Source: an uncultured Gemmataceae bacterium (GTDB taxonomy: Bacteria > Planctomycetota > Planctomycetia > Gemmatales > Gemmataceae). Taken from it: a stretch of DNA of 64,000 nucleotides. Below are positions 42,951 to 53,846 of the stretch, piece by piece (within the stretch, counting starts at the first letter, position 1; every line of letters begins with the position of its first letter). The translations under genes were made by a program, and so were the position numbers. The notes under the pieces were generated by a model. The model was given only the letters and a program-made list of their open reading frames with translations. It was not told the origin of the DNA and ran no database searches. Location: the NCBI GenBank assembly GCA_963750165.1, contig CAVVPN010000003.1, positions 2,912,001 through 2,976,000 of the forward strand, in the 5' to 3' direction.

Positions 42951-44384
42951 TCAGAACTGATTGTCGTTCAAGACCGTACCCGTCGTGGCGCTGTCCTGGA
43001 AGAAGTTGCCGAGAGCATTGTTTTGCGCCAGGCTATAGCTGATCGTGTCGTTCGTCGCGCCATAAAGGGCGAAGCCGTAACCACCATTGTTTTGCGCCTG
43101 GCACTGGGTGATCGTGTTGTAGCTGCCGTCATGGTCGGCGATGCCGTTTTGGCCGTCCATGTTGGTCTGGTTGTTGCTCAGCGTGTTGTTTGAGGCGTTC
43201 TGAAGGGTGATGCCGTCAAGACCGTTGCCTTGCATTTGGTTGTTGATGATGGTGTTGTAGTTGCTGTTGTTGTTCCCGAAGGGGCCGACGTACAGGCCGC
43301 TGCCGGTGTTGTTCATGACCTGGTTGTTCGCCACGGTGTTGTAGCTGGAGCCTTGCACGGTGATGGCGTCACCGGTGACGGTGGAGTCGGGGCTCTGGCT
43401 GCCGACGCCGGAGACCTGGTTGTTCTGCACGACATTGTTACTGGAGTTGGTCAGGATGATGCCGTCGAAGGCGGTATTCGTGATCCGGTTGTTCTGAATC
43501 TGAACGTTCGAGGACTGCTGCGCCTCGATGGCCGATTCGTCGTTGGTCAGGGTGTTGTTGGTGACGGTCGTCGCCACGGTGGTGTTGAAAATCTCAATGC
43601 CCAGCGCGACAGTGTCGGCGCTGAAGTCGAAATAGCTGTTGGTGATGGTGTTGTTCTGGACCTGCCCCGACGCGCCGTTACTGACCTGAATGCCGTTCTG
43701 GGACACCGTCAAGAGCCCATTCGGGTTGGTGGTGGACCCGGTGACGATGTTGTTCTGAACGGTGGCGTGCGAGCCCGTGCCATCGACGATGATGCCGCCC
43801 TTGTTGTAGTTCAGGATTTTCAGATTTTGGAGCGTGGCGCTCCCGGTCGTGGGTGTGCCGAGGAGGGCGCCGTTGTCGCCGACGCGGATGCCGAAGCCGA
43901 GCTGGTTCTGGCCGTTGTTGAACGTGTTCTGGACGGTGACCTGTTGGATCTGGGCCGAAGCGCCGCCGATGACGCGGATGCCCGCGTCAAAGACCTGCCC
44001 GTTGCCGTCCACCACCAGGTTCTGGACCAGGACGCCGGTGGGGCCGTTGATGTCCAGGACAGCCCCAGTGCTCGAAATGCCGGCGGGGGCCTCGATGATG
44101 ACCCGGTTGGAGGTTTGCCCCATGATGTGGAGGTTGTTCAGCTGCACGCCGGCACTGTTCCTGGAAATAACCGCGTCCTGGGTGTACGTCCCGTTAGCAA
44201 GCACGATGTTATCGCCGGGGTTAGCCGCGTTCACGGCCGCCTGGATGGTGGCATATTGCGCGGGGACGTTGAGGTTGGCGGGAACCCAGCGGCCCTCCAG
44301 GCCCTCGACCTGTGGACGGAACGTGATCCCCGGGCGCCGCTTGGGGGAAGCCTGGAACAATTTCCGAACCGTTGCAATAATCAT
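42951..44384 (-). CDS. Secreted right-handed parallel beta-helix protein (tandem paralogue)
   Basis: PQVEGLEGRWVPA, YATIQAAVNAANPGD; shares DAxIRV, GIRVGDNG, GGIIxDG and QNGxQV with the neighbouring gene. Confidence 0.9.
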   Translation of the reverse strand: MIIATVRKLFQASPKRRPGITFRPQVEGLEGRWVPANLNVPAQYATIQAAVNAANPGDNIVLANGTYTQDAVISRNSAGVQLNNLHIMGQTSNRVIIEAPAGISSTGAVLDINGPTGVLVQNLVVDGNGQVFDAGIRVIGGASAQIQQVTVQNTFNNGQNQLGFGIRVGDNGALLGTPTTGSATLQNLKILNYNKGGIIVDGTGSHATVQNNIVTGSTTNPNGLLTVSQNGIQVSNGASGQVQNNTITNSYFDFSADTVALGIEIFNTTVATTVTNNTLTNDESAIEAQQSSNVQIQNNRITNTAFDGIILTNSSNNVVQNNQVSGVGSQSPDSTVTGDAITVQGSSYNTVANNQVMNNTGSGLYVGPFGNNNSNYNTIINNQMQGNGLDGITLQNASNNTLSNNQTNMDGQNGIADHDGSYNTITQCQAQNNGGYGFALYGATNDTISYSLAQNNALGNFFQDSATTGTVLNDNQF

Positions 44385-44538
44385 TCTGCAATCTCCTTAC
44401 AAGCTTGTGAACCAGGGGCGCCGATGAAGGGCGGTCAAATTGATGAAGAGAAAGTTTATCGGCTGATTAAGTTAACGCAGTTAAGATTTGGGAAAATAAC
44501 CAGGTGAGCGCGACTGAGCAAAAAATGCCGCCACGCCC

Positions 44539-47163
44539 TCAATCGCCCCCGGCGATCCGTTCCTGTAACGCCCGGTATAGGTCCCTGGCTTCGTTATGAT
44601 TGGGCTCTTGCCGGAGCACGCCAGCCAACTCCTGACTGGCCTCCTTGAGTTGGCCGGCCTGACTCAGTAACTGGGCGTACTCGAAGCGCCAGGCGGTCCT
44701 GTCCGGGGCCAGCGCCACCGCCTCGCGAAAGGCTCGCAGGGCCGGGGCTGTCTGGCCGAGCAGCAAATAACATTGCGCCCGCGCATACCCGCCTTCCGCC
44801 GTCAGCGCCCCTGGCGGTCGAACTGGCGCAGGGCCGCTTCCAGGTAAGGCCGCTGAGCCTCCGCCACATCGGGGCGGTCGTTCTGCAGCAGGGCGGCCTG
44901 ATAGAGCAAAAGCGGGTCCGGGGGGATGACCTGCTCCGCCACCGCGGCCGGTGTCAGGTGCTGCCCCGCCTGCGCGACGATGGTCGCCAAAAACTTCGGC
45001 GAACACTCCAGAGAACGCCGCCAGCTGGGCCAGGCTTCTGCCGCCCCCCCGTCTTCCAGAGCCCGGGCGCCGCGCACGAACCAGGCACGTTCGTCCTGCG
45101 GCATTAACTGGGTCGCCCGGCGCAGGTAGACGGCGGGCGTGTCGGCGTGGGCCAGCAGCTCCGTGTGGCTGGCGAGGCGGATGTTCGGCCAGCCCAGCAG
45201 CGGACACAGATTCCGCGCCCGCGCGTAGCTCAGCAGCGCTGGCTTCAAATACTCCTCACGGTCCCGGTCGCGCGCCGGCCGATCCGCCTCCCGGGCCGCG
45301 GCGTCGCGGAGCGCCGCGCCGGCCGCCCACGACAGGGCCGGCGGACAGCAGGGCGTCATGGTCGCCAGGACGCCGCCACCCCACACCACCTCGGCCGCCT
45401 GCCGCAATCGGGCCTGGCGCGCCCGGGCCGTCTCGTCCTTCTCGAAAGCGTCGTAATTGGCCTCGGCCAGGCTCAGCCACAGCAGCGCGTTGTCCGGGGC
45501 CAGGCGGACGGCCGCCCGCAGGTAACGCCGGCGTCGGGCCTGATCCGCGGCGTTCGGCGACGCCTGGCAGCGCTCCGCGGCCAACCGGTAGCGCTCGGCC
45601 CGATCCGCATTCCAGCCCTCGTGAACCAGGACCAGCCCGGCCACCACCGCCGCCGCCACGCCCACCAGCGGCGCCAGGCCGCCGAGCGTGTGCGTCCCCT
45701 CGGCCTCCGACGGCCCGGGCCGCGCGCTCGGCTCCGGAATCTTCCGGACGCTCAACTGCGCGGCGATCACCGTTGCCAGCAGGGTGACCGCGGGGATATG
45801 TAGCCCGTAGTCGAAGAAGCCGTGGACCGTTACCGTGGTCAGAGCGAAGAAGGCGCCGAGCCACAGGCCGGCAATCCGCGACCCGCGCAGCCGGCGGAAG
45901 GCCCGGCCGCCGAGCCAGTAAATCAGGCCCACCGCCGCGACCGCCAGGATCACGCCGACCGTGCCCCCTTCCAGGAGCAGTTCCAACCAGTCATTGTCAG
46001 CGTGCGCGAAATAGAAGTGTCGATCCTGACCGGGCGCCCGGGTCAACGGCTCCAGGTGGAAGAACGAGCCGAAGCCGGCGCCCCATACCGGGAAGTCCCA
46101 CCACAGGGTCAGCACCCGCGCCCACAGTCGTGGGCGGATTTCCTCCAGGGCGTCGCCGCGCCACAGCGTCCCCAGCCGCGCCTGCACCGCCTGGAAGGAC
46201 AGCCAGGCCACCAGGCCCACGGCGGCTGCGGCCACCAGCAGGCCGCCCCACACCTGCGGCGGACGGCGCCGCCGTGTCAGGGACAGGCCCAGGCACACGC
46301 CGCCGCCCGCCAGCAGCGCCACCAGGCCGCCCCGCGACAGGCAGATCGCCACCGCCGCGAGCATCAGCACCAGGGCAAGGCCGGCACACAGCACGCGCGG
46401 CCGCAGCAGCAGAGCCAACTCCCCCGGCCCGCCCGAACCGCCCGTCTCCCGGGCCGCTTCCGCATGTCTCAGGTACACCAGGACGCCGACGCCGAGCCCG
46501 ATACACAGGTTGGCGTAACAGGCGAAGTGATTGCGGTTGATGAACGGCCCGAACACCGTCCCTTGACTGGGCACCGACCAGTAGAGCAGGTTCTTTTGTG
46601 AGCTAAAAAACTGCAAGAGGCCGAACACCGACAGCAGCGCCCCGTTGACCAGGGCCGCCACCGCCAGCCGGCGCAGACAGTCGGGCGTGGTCAGGTTGTT
46701 CCGCACCACCGCGAACAGGACGACCACCGCCAGCAGTCCCACCAGGAACGAGCGCGTGCCCCCCGGGTACAGGCTGATGACCTGCCCCGCCGCGGCCCCG
46801 CCCGGGTCTACCGGCTCTCCCGCCGCGAACTGTTCCGGTGTGGCGGGGAGAAGTTCCCGGTGCAGGGCCGCTGTCCCGGGCGCGAGCACTTCGAGGACTG
46901 ATCTGGGCAGGGGGGTGATTTGCCAGACGCCCAGCAGGAACAGGCCGACCAGGCACACGAGGACTGGACAGCGCGCCCAGGTCACCCGCCACTCGACCGC
47001 CATGCGCAGCCCACAGCAGGAGCAGCGCCGCCAGGCCGACCGTCAGGAGTAGTTGTGCGAGTGGGTGAACGCTGCCGAACGCCCACGGGGAAAGGATGAC
47101 CAGCGCCAGAACGACAATTTCCATCGCCCCGCGGAGGTGGCGCAGCAGCCACGGGCGCAGCAT
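44539..47163 (-). pseudogene. O-antigen ligase/Wzy-like membrane protein with C-terminal TPRs; frameshifts near 47005 and 44810
   Basis: LSPWAFGSVHP, FGPFINRNHFACY, SRGG, FAHADNDWLELLLEGG, HGFFDYGLHIPA, TPR-like tail; start approximate. Confidence 0.85.
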
Positions 47164-47246
47164 CTCCCCAGGGGCGGACGGCAGGGCAGCGCGTTCGAGA
47201 GCCTTGGTCGGCACGAATGGTCCCGAAACCGGCGAGCGCAATCAGA

Positions 47247-47543
47247 TCAAATGCCGGGCGAACCGCTCTTGTCGTGGGTGAAGCGCCAGTCGCTCAGAAC
47301 CTTCTCGGAGGCCCTGTCCGCAAAGGCGGCGCGGGAGTTGCCAACGGTGGGGGCGGCGTCGGTTTTGACGACATGAAGGCCGTTGCTGACGGCGTCGTCC
47401 GACGCCTCAATGGCCGTCTGCTCGTCCGAGCCCTGGCCCCAGGTCGCGATGGTGCTGGCGGCGAGAACCGGAACCGACAACAGCAGGATTGCGGTCAGAA
47501 GGCCGCCCACCGTCACCAGCACACGCTTGCTTTTCTGTTGCAC
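47247..47543 (-). CDS. Small secreted or membrane hypothetical protein
   Basis: Basic then hydrophobic N-terminus (KSKRVLVTVGGLLTAILLLSVPVLAA); fills the gap in the operon. Confidence 0.5.
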   Translation of the reverse strand: MQQKSKRVLVTVGGLLTAILLLSVPVLAASTIATWGQGSDEQTAIEASDDAVSNGLHVVKTDAAPTVGNSRAAFADRASEKVLSDWRFTHDKSGSPGI

Positions 47544-47557
47544 GAGACACTCCTGGC

Positions 47558-48415
47558 TCAAAGAAAAAGAACCCAAACCTGCTGGCGGGGGTAAGCGGGC
47601 GTACAGCAAACCCATGCAATCCCCCTACCATAACTAACGTAAACCGGGGCCGAGACGGACAGGCGGACCGCAATTTGCCCGGATCGCCCCGCATCCGAGC
47701 GTTTCGGATTCGCCGCAGGTTGTTTGGCCGCTTCGGCCAACCAGTCCAGGGCGTTCCGTTTGAGGAAATCGTGAATTTCGCGCAGGTGGGTGTAATACCC
47801 CTTGCCGGCGCTGGTGCCGCTGGCCACGCCGATCACCCGGCCCTGGCGGTCGAACAGCGGCCCACCGGAGCGGCCGCGCACCTGGGCCTTCGCCGTCTCC
47901 CAGCTTTGCACCGCCTCCGCCGCGCCTGGCCGACGGATCATCGGGACCGCCTGCACCACATCGAGCAGCGGCTGCGGTTCGCCGCCGAGCCGGCAGCCGA
48001 CGGCCAGCACGGCAAAGCCCTTGCCAACGGGCGCCTGCTTCAGCGGACAGAGCGCCGCGACGGGCAGGGTGTCGCGTGTCGCCACGCGCAGCACGGCCAG
48101 GTCGGTGCGGGCGTCGCGGGCCAGCACCACCGCCCCCTTGTACACCTTCGCCTCCTTCGGATACGAGGCGGCCGAGAAGACGTAAATGTTCAGTTGCTTC
48201 GCCTTATCGACCACATGGTTCGCCGTCAGCACGTAGGCGTATGGTCCCTCGCGGTGGAGCAGGACACCGCTGCCGTCGGACCCAGCGCTGACGTTGGCAA
48301 CGCGGACGGTGGCGGTCACGGCGGCCTGCTGCACGGGTTTCGTGAAGTCCTTCGACTCCAGCGTGGGCACCTGGGCCGCGGACAGACACAGCAGCAACCA
48401 GAGCATTATCATCAC
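47558..48415 (-). CDS. Trypsin-like serine protease
   Basis: GSGVLL, VLTANHVV, DLAVLRV, GRSGGPLFDRQGRVIGV; the C-terminal about 50 aa may be read-through. Confidence 0.85.
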   Translation of the reverse strand: MMIMLWLLLCLSAAQVPTLESKDFTKPVQQAAVTATVRVANVSAGSDGSGVLLHREGPYAYVLTANHVVDKAKQLNIYVFSAASYPKEAKVYKGAVVLARDARTDLAVLRVATRDTLPVAALCPLKQAPVGKGFAVLAVGCRLGGEPQPLLDVVQAVPMIRRPGAAEAVQSWETAKAQVRGRSGGPLFDRQGRVIGVASGTSAGKGYYTHLREIHDFLKRNALDWLAEAAKQPAANPKRSDAGRSGQIAVRLSVSAPVYVSYGRGIAWVCCTPAYPRQQVWVLFL

Positions 48416-49548
48416 GCAGTCCTCCCGGTGGCGCCGGCACGCAGGGTGCCCAGGATTTGGGCCAGTTGTCTCATGCGGGCGGCCGGCTCCGAGACGGCCC
48501 GCGCTCGCGCCGGTGCGGCGGCCCCCAGTCGGCGGCGCTGGTCCGTGTCCTCGATGAGCCAGGCCAGAGCGTCGGCCAGCCGCTGCGGGTCGTCGGGCGG
48601 CACCAGCACGCCGCAGCTGTCATCGACGATTTCCAGGGCCCCGCCCAGCGCCGTGGTGACCACCGGCAGGCCGGCGTACAGGGCCTCGACAAAGGCGATG
48701 CCGAACGGCTCGGGGCTCAGGTTCGGCTGGCAATGAATGTCCGCGGCGGCCAGCAGCTGCGGCACGTCGGCACGCTGGCCCAGGAACTGCACGCGCCCGG
48801 CCAACCCCGCCTGTCGGGCCTGCGTCTCCAGCCCGGCGCGGTAGTGCTGCTCCTCCGGCCGCTGAGCGCCGCCCGCCACCCAGCACACCCAACCGGGCAG
48901 GTGCTGCAGCCGGGCCAGGGCCTGCAACAGTAGCGTGTGGCCCTTCCACGCCTCCAGGCGGCTGGTCTGGATGATGACCGTGGCCTTGGGTGGCGTACCC
49001 AGCGCGGCCCGCACAGCGGCGCGGCAGCCGGCGCGGTCGGCCAGCTCGGGGGCGGACACGGGCGGGTACACCACCTCACTCCGACAGGCCGGGAACAGGT
49101 GCTCGGCAATCGACTGCTGGGTGACGCTGCTGTTCGCCAGCACGAGGTCCGGGCGCGTGCGGCGGGCCCAGCGTTCCAGCCAGTGGCCGTCGCCCTGCAG
49201 TCCGTGGCCGCCGAACACCAGCGGCAGCCCGGCGGCCCGCACCACCGGGGCGAACACGGCGTGCGGCCAGCAGGAGTGACAGACCACCGCGTCGAAGGCT
49301 CCCGAACCGAGAAGCCGGCGCAGACTGCGGCGGGCACGCCAGAGCGTCCACGGCCGGCTGACGCGCACCGGCCCCAGGAGGTGGACCGGGACGCCGGCGT
49401 CGCGCAGTTCCTGGCTCAGCCGGCCCTCGAAGCACAGGGCGAAGTGCGGCTCCATCTCGGGGCACAGCTCGCGGCACCGCGCCAGCGTCACCAGGAGGGT
49501 TTCCAGGCCGCCGTGGAGGTTGCCGGCGTTCAGGTGCAGGATGCGCAT
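48412..49548 (-). CDS. Glycosyltransferase family 4
   Basis: MRILHLNAGNLHGGLE, SRLEAWKGH, PEPFGIAFVEALYAGLPVV. Confidence 0.93.
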   Translation of the reverse strand: MRILHLNAGNLHGGLETLLVTLARCRELCPEMEPHFALCFEGRLSQELRDAGVPVHLLGPVRVSRPWTLWRARRSLRRLLGSGAFDAVVCHSCWPHAVFAPVVRAAGLPLVFGGHGLQGDGHWLERWARRTRPDLVLANSSVTQQSIAEHLFPACRSEVVYPPVSAPELADRAGCRAAVRAALGTPPKATVIIQTSRLEAWKGHTLLLQALARLQHLPGWVCWVAGGAQRPEEQHYRAGLETQARQAGLAGRVQFLGQRADVPQLLAAADIHCQPNLSPEPFGIAFVEALYAGLPVVTTALGGALEIVDDSCGVLVPPDDPQRLADALAWLIEDTDQRRRLGAAAPARARAVSEPAARMRQLAQILGTLRAGATGRTA

Positions 49549-50723
49549 GGTTGCCTTTGATAGCGTGAAACCGTCACCCGCCGGTACACCTCCAGACTGC
49601 GGCGCGCCATGAGCCGCGCATCGAACTCCGCGGCGGCGCGGGCGCGGCCGTTGGCCGCCAGGCGCTCGCGCAGGCCGGGCTCGTCGAGCAACCGCCGGGC
49701 CGCGGCCGCCAGCGCCGGCGGATCATCGACCGGAACGGTCAACCCCGTCTCCTCGTGCCGGCTGACCCAGGCGACGCCGCTGGCCGGTATGGCCGTGTTC
49801 AGGACCGGACAGCCGCTGGCCAGCGCCTCCACCTGTACCAGACCGAACGCCTCGCTGCGGGCGTTGCTCGGGAACCACAATGCCGTCGCCGCCCGGTAAG
49901 CGCCCGCCAGGTCACGGTCGCTGAGCCGCGGCCGCCAGACCACGCGGTCGGCCACGCCCAGGGTGCCGGCCAGCTGCCGCAGTTCGCCTTCCAGAGGCCC
50001 GGTGCCGACCACGAGCAACCGCCCCGGCACCTCGCGCAGGGCGCGCAGGGCGTTATGCAGCCCTTTGTAGTAGACCAACCGGCCGACCGCCAGCCACAGC
50101 GGTTGTCCGTGGGTCGCCCGCCATTCCGCCGCCGCCGCGCAGACCTCCGCAGCCGGGTGCAGATACGGACTCACCTCGATCCCAAACGGCAGCACGCGAA
50201 CCTTGTGCCGATGCGCCTGCAGCAGTGCGGAGCCGGCGGCGTAGGTCGGCGAGGTGGCGAGGACGGCGCCGGCCCGGCGGAACACGCGGTCCTCGAACGG
50301 CCGCACCAGCTTCGCCAGGCGCTGCTGGTTGATGACATCGCTGTGGTAGGTGATGACCAGGGGCGTCCGCGACCGCTGCACCGCCAGCGGCAGCAGCATG
50401 GTCGGATTGGGCACGTGCAGGTGGAGCACGTCCGCTTCCAGCTGCTCCAGCAGCCGCGGCAGATCGGCGCACACATCCAGCCGTGCCAGGGAGGCCCAGC
50501 GGCCAACGCGCGTCACCCGTACACGACCGAGGCGCTCGCGCACCGTGCGGGTGCGGGCGAAGGTCGCGAAGGTCACGTCCCGGCCGGCGGCGTCCTGGTG
50601 GTTGACGCACAGCACCTGCACGTCCGCACCCAAGGCCGCCTGGGCCTGGGTCAGGGTAAACAGGTGCGTCTCGATGCCGCCGCACGCCGGCGGGTAGAAC
50701 TTGCCCAGGTGACAGACCCGCAC
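49530..50723 (-). CDS. Glycosyltransferase family 4
   Basis: HLGKFYPP..GGIE, HLHVPNP, TYHSD, VGRLVYYKG, RSEAFGLVQVEALASG. Confidence 0.93.
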   Translation of the reverse strand: MRVCHLGKFYPPACGGIETHLFTLTQAQAALGADVQVLCVNHQDAAGRDVTFATFARTRTVRERLGRVRVTRVGRWASLARLDVCADLPRLLEQLEADVLHLHVPNPTMLLPLAVQRSRTPLVITYHSDVINQQRLAKLVRPFEDRVFRRAGAVLATSPTYAAGSALLQAHRHKVRVLPFGIEVSPYLHPAAEVCAAAAEWRATHGQPLWLAVGRLVYYKGLHNALRALREVPGRLLVVGTGPLEGELRQLAGTLGVADRVVWRPRLSDRDLAGAYRAATALWFPSNARSEAFGLVQVEALASGCPVLNTAIPASGVAWVSRHEETGLTVPVDDPPALAAAARRLLDEPGLRERLAANGRARAAAEFDARLMARRSLEVYRRVTVSRYQRQPCASCT

Positions 50724-50941
50724 ACCGCAGCCCGGCAGGTCTTCCGCGTCTTCCAAAACAGCACCCCTTGCTCAAACCCCCGGCACACCAACTTGAACAA
50801 AAACCCTGGCAAATCCGGCTGCCCAGCGCGAGCCGGCCGGACAACTATTAAACCCGTCACGACGCTCCCGCCGATAAAAGTTTGTGGGGCCAGAGTGCGT
50901 CGCAGGTGCGTGTCGCCGAACAGCCTGTCAGCGAGTGACGA

Positions 50942-51571
50942 ATGATGAGACCGCATCCGCTGCTCTGTTTTCTCGTGCTCGCGGCCCTGAACACCGGCTG
51001 TTCGTTCTTCGTGTTCGCCGCCCGCAACATGGTCGAGTCGCCGCTGAAGGCCATCGACTACTGTCTGGAAAAGCGGCGTTTCGTCGCCTGGGCTCAGGAG
51101 GCCTGGGCCAAAATTCAGGCTGCCGACCCCGACCACCATTACTCGAACGACTACGCTCGCGGCTTCATCGACGGCTACGTTGATTTCATCGACGCGGACG
51201 GCGTCGGCGAGCCGCCGGTGGCTCCGCCGGATCGCTACCATTACTACCACCGCAACGCGACGCCAGAGGGCCTGGCCGCCATCCAGGACTGGTTCGCGGG
51301 CTTCCGCCACGGTGCCGCCGCGGCCAAGGCCAGCGGCCAGCGGGAGCTGGTCGTGCTCCCACTGAGCCTGCCGCCGCGCAAGCGCCCCGGCGACTACGGG
51401 CCGCCCTCGACCACCGCGTCCGGGGCGTCGTCGGCCCCGCAGCAACCGGTCGGGCCGTCCGCGCCGGCGGAGGTGGCACCGCCGCCGCGAAAAATGCCCG
51501 AGGTGGAGGAGATTCCGCTGCCCAAGAAGCTGCCGCCCGCGGCCGCCCAACCGCCGGCGGAAGCGCGCTAA
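50942..51571 (+). CDS. Hypothetical lipoprotein upstream of wza
   Basis: Lipobox NTGC, DYARGFIDGY, DWFAGFRHG, Pro-rich tail. Confidence 0.75.
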   Translation: MMRPHPLLCFLVLAALNTGCSFFVFAARNMVESPLKAIDYCLEKRRFVAWAQEAWAKIQAADPDHHYSNDYARGFIDGYVDFIDADGVGEPPVAPPDRYHYYHRNATPEGLAAIQDWFAGFRHGAAAAKASGQRELVVLPLSLPPRKRPGDYGPPSTTASGASSAPQQPVGPSAPAEVAPPPRKMPEVEEIPLPKKLPPAAAQPPAEAR

Positions 51572-51600
51572 GCGGCCCAGGGTTACTCAGGAGAACTCGT

Positions 51601-52926
51601 ATGCGCTCCTCGTTGCGGGCCGCGTTGCTGGCGCTGCTCTGCGCCCTGGGCAGTGGGTGTGCCTCGTGGACCAATCCCGTCAACCAGGGGGTGCCCGTCC
51701 GCCGGCTGTCGTCGGAGTACCTGGTCAGTCCCAAGAGCGAGACCCGCACCATCCCGCTGAGCCTGCTGACCCGTCCGAAACCGGAGATCTACCGCCTGGA
51801 CGCCGGCGACGTGCTCGGCGTCTACATCGAGGGGGTGCTCGGCGACAAGCTGCAGCCCATCCCGGTGACCCTGCCGCAACCCGGCGTGAACCAGGCGCCG
51901 GCCCTGGGCTACCCGGTGCCGGTGCGCGAGGACGGCACCATTTCGCTGCCGCTAACCACCGCGCCCATCGACGTGCGCGGCCTGACCATCCCCGAGATCA
52001 CCGAACGGCTCATCAAGCTGTACACGTCGCGCAAGGACAAAGGCAAGCAGATTTTCGAACCGGGTTTTCAGCGCATCCTGGTGTCGCTGATACGACCGCG
52101 GATGATCCAGGTGCTGGTGGTGCGCCAGGACGCGGGCCCAAGCACACCGACCTACGCGGCCGGCAGCATCGTCGGCACGCAGCGGCGCGGCACCGGCCAG
52201 GTGCTGGACCTGCCCGCGGGCGAGAACGACGTGCTCAACGCCCTGACGCGCACCGGCGGCCTGCCGGGCTTCGACGCCGTCAACGAGGTCATCATTGAGC
52301 GCGGCTTCAACCGCGGGCAGGGCGGGACAGCCTTCCCGCCGAACTGCCCGATGCCGTCCGGCCCATCCGGCGGCGGCACCGGCCTGGGCGGCCAGGTGAT
52401 CCGCATCCCGTTGCGGCTGCGCGAGGGCGAACCGCCGCCATTCTCCCCCAACGACATCGTGTTGCAGAACGGCGACATCGTGTTCATCGAGGCCCGTGAC
52501 ACGGAGGTGTATTACACCGGTGGCCTGCTGGCGCCGCGCCAGTTCGTGCTGCCGCGCGACTATGACCTGCACGTCCTGGAGGCCATCGCCCTGGCCGGCG
52601 GCCCGCTGTACAACGGCATCATCGTGCAGAACAACCTGACCGGCAGCATCAACCAGAGCGGCATCGGCTCACCGAACCCGAGCCGCGTGTCAGTGCTGCG
52701 ACGGACCAAGCACCGCGGCCAGGTCGTCATTCAGGTGGACCTGAACCGCGCCGCCAACGACCCCCGCGAGAACATCATCTTGCAGGCTGGCGATGTCATC
52801 ATCTACCAGGAGTCGCTCGGCGAGTCGTTGACGCGGTATCTCATTACGGTGTTCCGCTTCAACATCCTGGGCACCCTGATTAACCAGCGCGACCTGACGG
52901 CCACCGTCAACGGCAACCTGCCGTGA
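51601..52926 (+). CDS. wza: Polysaccharide biosynthesis/export lipoprotein (Wza-like)
   Basis: Lipobox GSGC, YRLDAGDVLGVYI, VREDGTISLP, SLBB-like VLEAIALAGG, ILQAGDVI. Confidence 0.88.
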   Translation: MRSSLRAALLALLCALGSGCASWTNPVNQGVPVRRLSSEYLVSPKSETRTIPLSLLTRPKPEIYRLDAGDVLGVYIEGVLGDKLQPIPVTLPQPGVNQAPALGYPVPVREDGTISLPLTTAPIDVRGLTIPEITERLIKLYTSRKDKGKQIFEPGFQRILVSLIRPRMIQVLVVRQDAGPSTPTYAAGSIVGTQRRGTGQVLDLPAGENDVLNALTRTGGLPGFDAVNEVIIERGFNRGQGGTAFPPNCPMPSGPSGGGTGLGGQVIRIPLRLREGEPPPFSPNDIVLQNGDIVFIEARDTEVYYTGGLLAPRQFVLPRDYDLHVLEAIALAGGPLYNGIIVQNNLTGSINQSGIGSPNPSRVSVLRRTKHRGQVVIQVDLNRAANDPRENIILQAGDVIIYQESLGESLTRYLITVFRFNILGTLINQRDLTATVNGNLP

Positions 52927-52936
52927 TCGGGGGGTC

Positions 52937-53004
52937 GGCGAGCGGCGCGGCGTCAGCCCGCCGTGGATCTCCAGACACGGCGGGCTGACGCCGCGCCGCT
53001 CGCC
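52937..53004. repeat. REP-like palindrome, family A copy
   Basis: GGCGAGCGGCGCGGCGTCAGCCCGCCGTG...CACGGCGGGCTGACGCCGCGCCGCTCGCC. Confidence 0.88.
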
Positions 53005-53010
53005 ACGAGT

Positions 53011-53793
53011 TCAGCGCAACGCCGGCAGCCACCACCAGCGCCGCGTCCGCGGTGCCGGCTCGGGCACCCGCAGCGGCAGACCGTGCAGGACCGCCATGCC
53101 GTGCGTACTGCACACACGGTCGGCGACTGCGACCCCGGCCCACGCGCCGATCTGCTGGTAGGCCGCCCGTAGCCGCGGCGGCCGCCGCCGCGGCGAGTGT
53201 CCATCCGAGCCAATCAGGTGAACCAGCCCGCGCCGGAACCAGTCGCGCAGGGCCCTGGCGTCCTCGGGGCCGCGCGGTTCGGTAACGCTGGCGGAGGACA
53301 CCTGCACCAGGCAGCCGTCGCCGACCAGTTCCTCGATGAGCCCCGGCACGTGCAGGAAGTCGCGTTCCCGTTCGGGGTGGGCGAGGATGACGCGCACCCC
53401 CGCCTGCCGCAGCGCCCGCACGGTCGGCCGCAGATCGACGAACACGCCGCGCGGCATCTCCAGCAGCACATACTGACCGCGGTCGCCGACACTCAGCAGC
53501 GTACCGGCGCGCCAGGCCGCCGCAGTGCCGGGGGCCGCCATGACCTCGGCACAGGGAAACACGCTCATCGTGTTGCCCGCGGCGGTGAGCGCCTGTCGCA
53601 GTTCGGTGGTCGCCTGGCGGATGCGCTCGGGCGTGACCGCAGGCCAGCGCTCGTTTTGATGGGCCGTGGCCGACATCATGCCGACGCCCTCGGCGCGGGC
53701 CATCGCGCACATGCCCAGGGCGTCCTCCAGGGTTTTCGGCCCGTCGTCCATACCGGCCAGCAGGTGGCAGTGAATGTCAACCAACGGGATCAT
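53011..53793 (-). CDS. CpsB/CapC-type PHP tyrosine phosphatase
   Basis: VDIHCHLLAGMDDGP, ATAH, YVLLEMP, ILAHPER, IGSDGHS. Confidence 0.92.
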   Translation of the reverse strand: MIPLVDIHCHLLAGMDDGPKTLEDALGMCAMARAEGVGMMSATAHQNERWPAVTPERIRQATTELRQALTAAGNTMSVFPCAEVMAAPGTAAAWRAGTLLSVGDRGQYVLLEMPRGVFVDLRPTVRALRQAGVRVILAHPERERDFLHVPGLIEELVGDGCLVQVSSASVTEPRGPEDARALRDWFRRGLVHLIGSDGHSPRRRPPRLRAAYQQIGAWAGVAVADRVCSTHGMAVLHGLPLRVPEPAPRTRRWWWLPALR

Positions 53794-53846
53794 GTTCCTC
53801 CCTCGCTCGCGCCAGGTCGCCAGCGGCTCGGACAGTGCGCTGCCCG

